DNA of 64,000 nt from NCBI RefSeq assembly GCF_006345805.1, contig NC_043017.1, forward strand, positions 2,976,001 to 3,040,000. The letters are read 5' to 3'. Shown here piece after piece: positions 53,560 through 64,000 of the stretch. Position 1 is the first letter of the stretch. The number at the start of each line of letters is the position of its first letter. This DNA is from Octopus sinensis (lineage: Eukaryota). The notes beneath the pieces were generated by a model. That model did no database searches, was not told where the DNA came from, and saw only the letters and a program-made list of their open reading frames with translations. The position numbers and the translations under genes are program-made.

Positions 53560-53885
53560 GATCCACAATTACCCTCTTTCAAAGGACACTCACGCACTCC
53601 CAAACTGTTGTTCTCGCATGCTTAGGGTAGTTCCTTTCATCTTAACTATTTATGACAGTCACCCATCTATTTAGATATTTGTTGAGGTTAACAATTCTAT
53701 TTCTGACCTAAACTTCTTGGTGCAAACTGAAAAATAGTTCATGAGCGCTTCACCAACGTTTAAGTTATCTGTTCGCAATCTTTTCAGCCTCGTCCACCAA
53801 AAAATCTCTTTTGTGACAACCGGCAAACAGGGAAGTATGCTCTGCGAGCAGAAACCAGCATTGCACTCCATTACCTAAACCTATC
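53560..53885 (-). mobile_element. L1/Tx1-like LINE 3' remnant
   Basis: VVTKEIFWWTRLKRLRTDNL...LMNYF...YLNRWV, homologous to the motif in 2880-3490. Confidence 0.55.
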
Positions 53886-54556
53886 AGACCACAAGACGAG
53901 TATGTTTTGGAGACGTTAAATAAAAGGAGAGTGGGTGGAGGAAAAAGTCTGAGTGTGTATATTTAGAAATTCTGGTCTCAGCAGTGGCTATAATAATGCT
54001 GCCTAGGTATCTGAGGTAGTTGTGGAAGGGACCTTGCATCCAAGCTGACATTGAACATTGACTACTTACATTGAAACCGTGTAAACCATGGGTCCATCCT
54101 CGTCAATATCCGAAATACATTTAGTCATATACGAAAATTAAATCGACATAATTGTTTCCAATTTAGGTGCAGATCCTGTACTTTGAAACAAAAAGGGCAA
54201 GTCGGTGACCCAGTTGTATAGAGCTAGGTTATTTGATAGATTGAGATAAGACGAAACACAAAGTTCACCTCCAAGGAATTACAGAAACATAAGAAGATTC
54301 ACTTCATACAAATGCATTAGAAATGTTATCAATTCACAGAATATATAAACAAGTATATTGGCCATTTTGTGATCAGAACTCGAGGACAACATTCTCCGTA
54401 TTTGTCCAGGCATTTTCAGAAATTAGGACACTTACTTAGTTAAGTAGAGAGTGTTAATAGAATACTCTACTAGCAGAAAACTAGCGTGGATTTCGCGTGT
54501 GCTGCCATTTTTTTAGTAACAATAATAGATGATAAACAACAAGAGCAACTATAATA

Positions 54557-54610
<54 letters not shown>

Positions 54611-55120
54611 GTAAATATAATGAAAATAAGACCATTTTGTAATTTTCTGCATGACAGTACTCTCCATTAGCAAGCGGTGAAAGGGGGACATATTTACACA
54701 CGCATATACACACGCACGCACACGCATTTGGAGATGAACGCACACACAAACACTGACACACACATATACACACGCAAGCACACACGCACACATATATCTA
54801 TCTATCTATCTATCAATCTATCTATCTATCAATCTATCTATCTATCTATATGTGTGTGTGTTTACATATATACATACATAGACAGATATTTCTATATTCA
54901 TATACGTATATATCTTCATATATATAATATATAATATATATATATATATATGCACACACATACACACACATAATATATATATACATATATATACACACAT
55001 ATATATATATACGTATATATATACATATATTATATATATATACATATATATACACACAATATATCACATATATAACGTATATATACATATATATACACCA
55101 TATATACGTATATATACATA

Positions 55121-55169
<49 letters not shown>

Positions 55170-55484
55170 CTGTTCATTCAGGAGACAACAAATAGTACTT
55201 TTTTTTTCGTCTGCTTCGTTTTTTTATTCTCCCCCCCCCCCCACACACACACATACACCTTTTTCTCTCTCCTTGTCTCAGAAAACAGATTAAAATAAAC
55301 TACAGCAACCCAACACAAAGCGGAAACAATGGAAACATTTAACGCAAAGCTGAATCTATTTAGGCAAGAAAAGTGACGTGTGTCTTGTCATTAAGTGTTT
55401 TGCGCAGTTTACAATAGGACGGAAAATGAAATACAAATATCAGGAAATTCCGTACCAAAATCCTTCCTTGGTCATTTCATGCTT

Positions 55485-55851
55485 CTATTATTATTATTAT
55501 TATTATCATTATTATTATTATTATTATTGTTATTGTTATTATTATATTATTATTATTATTGTTATTGTTGTTGTTGTTGTTGTTGTTGCTGTTGTTGTTG
55601 TAGTTATCATTTGTATTTTAATACATTTGTATCTTCATCATCGTCATAATCATCCTGATTTTTGTCGTCGTCATCATCACCCTCCTCCTCCCCTTCCCCC
55701 TCCTCTTCCTCCTCCCCTCCTTATCAACATCATCGCCAAGATGATCGTCGTGTTCATCATCGTCATCATCATAATCGTCAGTATCCTCATTATCATCATC
55801 GTCATAATCATCGTCATCATTATCATCATCGTCATCATCGCCGTCATCATT

Positions 55852-55914
<63 letters not shown>

Positions 55915-55945
55915 GTCGTCGTAATCATCATCATCGTCATCATCA
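55485..55945. repeat. (ATT)n-(GTT)n-(CCT)n-(ATC)n compound repeat
   Basis: Directly visible. Confidence 0.95.
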
Positions 55946-56699
55946 ATTTCTTTTATCGTTTTAGTTTTTTGTTGTTGTTGTTGTCCTTCGTGCTTCTATT
56001 GTGATTTCCAATTTATTTCTTTTTTTACTTATTCCATTTTTGCATTTTGTGTATTTACGTGTGTGTGTATGTTTGTGTATGCTTATATATGAGTATGGAT
56101 GTGTGCGTGAGTATGTGTGTGCGTGTGTGTGTATGCGTGTATATGTGTGTGCATACGTGTGTGCATGTGTTTGTTAATGTGTGTGTTTTTATGTATGTTT
56201 ATGTATGTGTGTGCATGTGTGTATATGTTTGTTTGAATGCGTGTATGTGTATGTGTGTGCATGTATGTATATATCTGCTTCTGTGCATGTCTGTGTTTAT
56301 ATGTGTGTGAATGTATGTATATGTGTGTTTGTATGCGTGTGTGTGTGTGTGCGTGTGTGTGCGTGTGTGTATGTGCGTGTCTATGAGTGTGAGTACATAT
56401 GTATATGTGATGTTGTATATGTTTGTATATGTCTGTATGTGTGTGCATGCGTGTGTGTGCGTGTGTGCTGGTCGTTATATCTTCTCACTCGTTTACTATG
56501 AATCTGTCCCTCAAGTTGCTTCTTGTAATTTCGTTATTGGTCGACATGGGCAGAGTGTGACGGACTGACAGAGCAGCCACAACCGCCAAAGAGAAACGGC
56601 CACAAAACAACGAGAAACGAAATCCACAATAACCATTGTAAACCATTCACTGAAAGGGAAAAAGAAATCGAAATTCATGCAGCGTTGGCAACGACGATT

Positions 56700-57358
56700 T
56701 TTGTGGGGGTCGGGGTGGGTATGGTGGTGGTGGTGGTATTGGTGGTGATGGTAGTGGTAGTAGTAGTGTTGGTATCATTCGTGTTAGTGATGGTTATGGT
56801 GGTGGTGATATCATTCCTGTTCGTGATAGTATGGTGGTGGCGGTGGTATCAATTGTGTTAGTGATGGCGATGTTATGGTGGTAGTAGCGGTGGTGGTGGT
56901 GGTGGTATCATTAGTGTTAGTGCTGGTTATGATGGTGGTGGCAGTGGTATTGGCGATGGTAGTATTTTTGGTTTCGTTCATGGTAGTGGTGGTGGTGTTA
57001 ATAGTAATGATTGTATGGTTATGGTGGTGGTGGCGGCGGTGATGCTGGCGATGATAGTAGTTTTGGTATCGTTCGTGTTGTTGTTGTTGTTGGTGATGGT
57101 GATGCTGGAGGCGATTGTAGTAATGGTATTGCTGGTTGTGGCGATGATAGTAATGATGGCAATGGTGTTGGTGGAGGTGGTGGTGATGTTAGAGGCGACT
57201 GTAGTAACGTTGTTGTTGATGGTGGTAATGATAGTGGTTGTGGTGGTGGAGATAATGGTAGTGATGGTGGTGTTGTTAGTTGTGGTGATGGCAGTAATGT
57301 TGTTTTTGGTGGTAGCTATGAGAATAGTGATTGTGGTGGTGGAGGCGATGGTAGTAGC

Positions 57359-57391
<33 letters not shown>

Positions 57392-57480
57392 GATGGTGGT
57401 GGTGGTGGTGATAGTGGCAGTAGTGGTGGTAGTATTGACATTGTTGGTGGTGAAGGTGATGGTGTTGATTACCACATCAA
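56700..57480. repeat. Cryptic (GGT/GAT/GTT)n low-complexity tract
   Basis: Degenerate triplet periodicity, open in several frames. Confidence 0.9.
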
Positions 57481-58003
57481 TGACATCTTTGATACTCTTG
57501 GTCATCTAAGGATCTGTTCGGTGTATGTGATTCGAACTAACTCTAAGGACAATTTCAAAATCTGGGGACCTACGCATGCTCCTGGTGGGCCTAGCCATGA
57601 ACAGAAGTCACAATGGTGCCCCTACGCTACCGTTTTTGTGTTGATGCAAGAAGGCATTCAGGTTTTTTAGGTTACCTGGAAATATTTCTGAGAACATCTT
57701 TTATATTAGCGTTAAATAGCTCAGTTTATCAACATTTAATTGGATAATCCTTTAATAGGATGAGCATAATATAACAAAAATGAACGAAAGATTGCCGTAA
57801 TTCTGCTTAGAGCTTTATGGCTGTTAAAGAGACTCTGGCGTTAATACCCCAGATATAGCTCTATAGAATTGGTAATATAGCAGAGGTTCACTTCAGTGAA
57901 TAGACTGCATAATCTTTTGACAATTGCGGTTGGACGTCTATGAAAAATTCCCGGGGTAATAAGGATCATCAGTGCGTTATTTCAAGAAAAAACATATAGA
58001 AGA

Positions 58004-58180
58004 ATTGTGTTGTGTCTGGGGAGAGTCATTTTCTGTTTGTGCCTTATAATTTAACACACTCACCGGTAAAATGTTCACTTATTTCTTATTTTCTTATTTT
58101 CTTAAAATTTTCATTACTTCTTGCAACCTTTTCAATATAAGGCACAAAGAGAAAATTAATCTTCCCAGACACAACAGAAT
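58004..58180. repeat. Imperfect inverted repeat, 45-bp arms, 87-bp spacer
   Basis: 58004-58048 versus the reverse complement of 58136-58180, 40/45 identical without gaps. Confidence 0.85.
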
Positions 58181-59099
58181 ATGTTTCAACACACAATATT
58201 GCAAATCAAATCCAAAAACGAAATATAGAAAAATAGAAGAAATATTTTTAAAAAGTAGTTTATCTATTAACTAGGTTGAAAAAAATTTTGTAAGGAAGGA
58301 ATTCATAAGTGAAGTATTACTTCCCCGGCTTTTCGATGCTAAATAATAAGGTTTAGGTTGCTCTAGATTATGCTCTAGATAGAATTATGGGCAATGGATT
58401 CAGAGGGGAGATTCTACCTGAAAATGGATTCGGCTACGTAAAACCCGATAGCATGTTGAAGATTATTGCACCTGAGCCAACCTCTACCGAGTAAGGTGAA
58501 GATAAAGTGCTTCGATACGCTTACTAAACAGTTGGTCGCAAATTACAGAGGACAACATGGATTGCCGAAAAGGAAAACGATTTGAAAAACTGAATCCGCC
58601 ATGATGTATTCGTCTGTGATTTTATATAAGTTAGTAGAACTGAATAGTAATCCCAATGAACATTACTGTAGCAAGCCAGGCGTGCCCCTCACTTGACAGA
58701 AATGACGGCAGATTGCAAGAAATCGATGGTTTTGCAGTTTGGCGCCTGAAGGAACAAATCTGTGTGGGTCAACAGAATAACGGTTCAGAATAAATGCGTG
58801 GCTTAAGACTTAATTAAAAGCCATATGAGGATAAGAAGGCTTTCGACCATGATGGACAATTTAAGTCTAAAATGCGCTGAGGAGTTGCTACTCCTGAAAT
58901 GGTTAGCAGTCGATGAATCTCACAAACGATCTCCTGCCCTTCTTTTCAAAGCTTACCTGTTATCATCCGAAAGCAATTACTTAAAACTTCAATTGCTTTT
59001 ATATTTAGTCTTTCGATTAAACTACCATCTTTTGGCTCCACGTCTCCTTCTTTTCTTCCCTCATTCATCACACTTGTGGCAAATAAAAGTACCCTCCTC

Positions 59100-59133
59100 C
59101 TCATCATCAGTATCGCCATATTATCATCACCAG

Positions 59134-59168
<35 letters not shown>

Positions 59169-59219
59169 CCATCACCATCACCATCATCATCATCATCATC
59201 ATCAGTATCACCCATACTA

Positions 59220-59251
<32 letters not shown>

Positions 59252-59465
59252 ATCATCATAATTATCAACACCATCATAATAATAATCATCATCATAACCA
59301 TCATAATCATCATCATCACCATCATCATCAGTATCCCCAAAATATCATCATTATCGTCGTCGTCATCACCATCATCATCATCATCATCGTCATCATCATC
59401 ACCATCATCATCATCAGTATCATTGTCATCATCATCAGAAGAGGAAGTGCTGCAGTAGTAGTAGT

Positions 59466-59516
<51 letters not shown>

Positions 59517-59520
59517 TTTT
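59100..59520. repeat. (ATC)n then (GTA)n/(GCA)n compound repeat
   Basis: Directly visible. Confidence 0.95.
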
Positions 59521-59547
59521 GTTGCTATTGTTGATGTTGTCGTTGAA

Positions 59548-59755
59548 GTGTGATGAGCTGGCAGAACAGAGCCTTGGGAAAAAAATGACTTCTTGTATTT
59601 ATTCCTGCGGTCCATTATATTCCAAGTTCAAATCTCACCGTGATCACATTTTATCGCGTCAGGCTAAAATTAAACACTAGATTCAAAATGATGATCGGCA
59701 CAACTCCGCTGCCCCAAACTGCGGTTCTTGTGCTTAAATGAGGAATAACCCTTAT
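59548..59755 (+). mobile_element. SINE family A, highly diverged
   Basis: TGATGAGCTGGCAGAA...AAGTTCAAATCTCACCG...GGTTCTTGTGCTT. Confidence 0.5.
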
Positions 59756-59922
59756 TGCTATTGATAATATTCAGCAATGAAAACAACTGAAGGTGAGGAA
59801 AAAGTGAAAATGAATACGACCAACAACTATGTAAAAGGGGATACGAGGTTATAAAATGATGAAAAATAGAGAGAGGGGGAGGGAGAGAGAGATAGAGAGA
59901 GGTAGGAGCGAGTATGTCTATA

Positions 59923-59969
<47 letters not shown>

Positions 59970-60206
59970 TACATATATATGGTTATATATATGTTATATA
60001 TATATGTGTGTGTATATATATATGTATCTATATATGTATCTATCAATCTCTCTCTCTCTCTATATATATATATATGTATGTATGTATGTATATACACACA
60101 CACATTTATTTATATATACATACACTCACATATATATATACATACGTACGTACATGAACATACATATATATGTGTATGTATGTGAGAGTGTGTCTGTGTG
60201 TATGTA

Positions 60207-60272
<66 letters not shown>

Positions 60273-60715
60273 GTGTGTGTGTTGTGTGTGTGTGTAAAAC
60301 TTGGAAAATGGCATCAAAACGTTTTGATTTTTTTGCGAAAAATTTCTTTTTATTAAAATTAAACTGAGTGTAAAGAAATACACGAACTCTATAATCAATG
60401 AAATATGAATCGCGAAAGCAAAAATAAATAAACGAAGATATTAAAATATTAATAGAAATATGAAATACAATTAATTTTTATGCCAACCTGTGAATTGAAC
60501 CTTTACTTTATAAATAGGAGGAGGCGAAAAACCAGAGGAAGAGACACGTTGATGAAAAATATACGCTTCAACTATTTCTTACAAAGAACACACCAATGGC
60601 ATTTCTGATCGAAATTTTCACATTTTGGTTTTTTCCGTGTTTTTATTTCTGTTGAATGGGATTGTTGTTATTATTATTATTATTATTACTTTCATAAATG
60701 TTAATAATAATAATA

Positions 60716-60751
<36 letters not shown>

Positions 60752-61448
60752 GAGAAACGTCAACAACATGAGTCATTATTATTATTATTAATAGTAGTAG
60801 TAGTAGTAGTTGTAGTAGTAGTAGTAGTAGTATTTATTTCCTTTTGTTTACATGTGTATTGTAAATGTTATTTTGTTAGCATGTTTATTTAAGAAAGAAA
60901 GAAAGAAAGAAAGAAATAAAGAGAGAGAGAGAGAGAAAGAAAGAAAGACTGAAAGAAAGAATGAATTGTAGGAACTTCAGCTCTGAAGAATACCTCAGTG
61001 AAAAGAATGGTTTCGATAATCTGACATTTTTTCCAAGACGGCAATCAGCGAATATAAGGAGAGTCTTTAGAAATTCTTCAATACCATATTTTACTCTGTG
61101 AATCCAATTGGAAAAATAATTAGTTTATTATTGTAAATTAATTGTTCTTCGCTTTTTCTTCATGTGAGTGAACTTGGAAAAACAATATTTTTGGCACCCG
61201 TTGCAATATCTCATGTTAACCTGCTCAGCGAGAGAAGTTGGCGCTTCTCGTAACGCTTCCAGTACGAAGCTATATATCGCTGATCGCTCGTATTCCTGTA
61301 TGCATCTCTCTGTGCGTATATGTATGCGTGCATGCACTGATGGAAGGATGAATGGAATGTTGTGTGTACGTATGGAGGATGTGTGGTTGCTTGTATGCAC
61401 GTATACACCTAGATATGAATGTATTTGTATTATACATATATATATATA

Positions 61449-61487
<39 letters not shown>

Positions 61488-62358
61488 TGTGTGTGTGTGT
61501 GTATACACACAGATACAAGCAAATGCGCATATGCCAATATACATACACATGCATACATATGTTTAGGTTATCATTTCTTCTTTCTGCCTATCTCTCTGTC
61601 TATTTAATGTATCTATCTATTTATATGTCTGTTTGTAAATGTACCTATCTATATACAGTCTCACCCACTCACACACACATACGCGCGCGTGTGTGTGTGT
61701 GTGTAAGCATGTCTGTATATATATACATACAAACATACACACACAGACGAATATATTTGTAAATGTATACATAAGTATATACATGTCCGAGCGTGTTGTT
61801 CTGTACATATTTACATGTATATATATTCATATATGTGTGTGTGTATGTGTTTGTATGTATGCATATGCGTGTATATATATATATATACATAGATATATGT
61901 ATGTATATATAAATATGTATGTTATATATACATATATATATATGTATAGGTATAGATATATACACGTGTGTATGTATGCATGTATGTATGTATGTAGGCA
62001 TGTATGTATGTATGCATGCATGGATGCATATATGTATATATGTATCTATGTGTGTTCATATGTATGTATAAACACTATGTTATGCACTTTTCCGAACGAA
62101 TAAATGTACGTTAAACGGGTAACAATTTATAAAAGCGTCAGACGGAAAATGGAGCTAAAACATTGACTTGAATTTGGTAAACCAATTGGATTAACATTCA
62201 CTAAATAATCCATAAGACAAGAAATCATTAAATTGATGTTTATGTTCAGGACCGTCCAAGCATAGTTATATGATATTTACTTATAGGTACTAATACACAT
62301 TGTAAAGGGAACTACAGAAGACTAACATGAGAGTTGATGTAAGTGAAAAACTGATAAC

Positions 62359-62755
62359 TTATTTCTTTATTGCCCACAGTGGGCTAAATATAAAGAGGAG
62401 AAACAAAGACAAACAAAGCGATTAAGTCGATTACATTGACCCCAGTGCGTAACTGATAGTTATTTACTCGAGCCCCGAAAAGGATGAAAGGCAAAGTCAA
62501 CCTCGGCGGAATTTGATCTCAGAACGTAGCGGCAGACGTAATGCCTATTTCTTTACTACCAACAAGGGGCTAAACACAGAGAGGACAAACAAGGACAGAC
62601 AAACGGATTAAGTCGATTATATCGACCTCAATGCGTAACTGGTACTTAATATATCGACACCGAAAGGATGAAAGGCAAAGTCGACCTCGGCAGAATTTGA
62701 ACTCAGAGCGTAGCGGCAGACGAAATACCTCTAACCATTTCGTCCGCCGTGCTGA
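62359..62755 (-). mobile_element. SINE family A head-to-tail dimer
   Basis: Units 62755-62546 and 62545-62359. Junction AAAGAAATAG|GCATTACGTCTG. Confidence 0.9.
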
Positions 62756-63277
62756 TAACTGATTTTGTGTACGTATTTCGAATTCATATCAATGAATCTT
62801 CTAATTATTAATCCCAAGTGAAAGAACTGAAATAATGAGATACTTGTGAGATTTTGATGGGCAATTGGGTTACAGAAGCATTTGTGATCTGGTGTCAAGT
62901 TATTTTAATGTAGAGAAGGATTTTTAGATAAAACTTGGTGAGATTTGAAGTTTGAAATTTAAATCAAAGAGTCAAGAAAAAGATGCATAGTATACAAAAA
63001 TATATTTTTTGTTTACACATTACAAAGATCTTAAAATTTTTAATTGTAAATACTCATGAATAACGCCATTCCATCCTTATTAGAAATCGTCATTATGACA
63101 TAACCCGAAGGAGATGGATTAAATCAAATTAAGATTTCAAGGAAGCAGGGACTTGGCGCATTTCTGCACAAGGCCTGTGAATTCGTGGTGGAGTGTAATT
63201 CGAATACAGCGACCTCAGGGTTCTACTAGTTCTCATTCTATAGATCTCGAATGAAAGGCGAAGATCTATAGAAGTTG

Positions 63278-63400
63278 AAGAAGAAGAAGACGAAGAAGAA
63301 GAAGAAGAAGAAGAAGAAGAAGAAGAAGAAGAAGAAGAAGAAGAAGAAGAAGAAGAAGAAGAAGAAGAAGAAGAAGAAGAAGAAGAAGAAGAAGAAGAAG

Positions 63401-63431
<31 letters not shown>

Positions 63432-63455
63432 TAAGAAGTTAAGAAGAAGAAGAAG
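63278..63455. repeat. (GAA)n microsatellite
   Basis: Directly visible, about 175 bp and nearly pure. Confidence 0.95.
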
Positions 63456-64000
63456 TCCATGATGATGATGATGATTCCGCTATATAAGCGCCCATCATAA
63501 ATCTTTTTTACGTTTTATATAGACATCAAATTATAATCTTTGTTTATCATAAGCATGGTTATGTACACAAGCCTTGCCTTCCTTACTTAGTTCGGCAAAA
63601 CCCATTCTGGAGTTTACTTACATCACATGTTTGTTTATGTAAGTAAAAACCGAATTATCAAACAAGCGAATTACATCTACAAATACATCTGCAGGTGCAT
63701 CCATCTTTGCAGAAGTGTTTCCTTCAGACCCAGGTTAATATCTAAATATTGCCAATAACATTTCACTATTGTTTTTTAAATCATCGTGTCCAGAGTACTA
63801 CGTCATTCGAAAGTATTATTGCTCTTTTCGACCGACGTGATCGTGATTTGGCTGTTGTTTCTAGCAAATATAATAATTGCTTGCATAGAGACTCTTTTGT
63901 TAATTTGCCTCGTGTTACAAATGTCCAACTACTTCTATTTAAGTTAGTGTTGCTAAAGTAGGAATGTGTAGGTATGTGTGTATCTCTATATGTTAAATAC

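Noticed and set aside
56978-57670. Overlapping 164-219-aa Thr-, Val- and Gly-rich ORFs suggesting a mucin or glycine-rich protein
   Set aside because: Open in several frames on both strands, as expected of a cryptic GGT repeat. No signal peptide or splice context.
63622-63658. 11-bp inverted repeat TTTACTTACAT...ATGTAAGTAAA
   Set aside because: Short and AT-rich, so it is expected by chance.

Overview
A very AT-rich, microsatellite-saturated animal genomic window. The base composition, the density of (TA)n/(TG)n/(AAT)n/(AGAT)n tracts and the SINE content suggest a coleoid cephalopod, most likely Octopus (inference). I recognise no host protein-coding gene. Almost all ORFs in the track are translations of simple repeats, and the only identifiable protein motifs are decayed retroelements: CR1-like x4, L1/Tx1-like x2, R4/Dong-like x3 and Penelope-like x1. 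Four tRNA-derived SINE families (my labels A-D, about 30 copies), one MITE and several unverified candidate exons are also present. Observations worth following up: (i) near-perfect fold-back palindromes (6791-6956, 19077-19699, 30138-30169, 48310-48453), each abutting a (TA)n tract; (ii) a tRNA-headed element whose tail is a Penelope-type repeat carrying a degenerate hammerhead-ribozyme motif (49240-49562, with the matching Penelope fragment at 7096-7392); (iii) SINE-A concatemers that reuse the same internal junctions at separate loci; (iv) a 3' stem-loop shared by SINE-C and a CR1 LINE. All identifications were made by eye. Repeat boundaries are approximate to about 10-20 bp.
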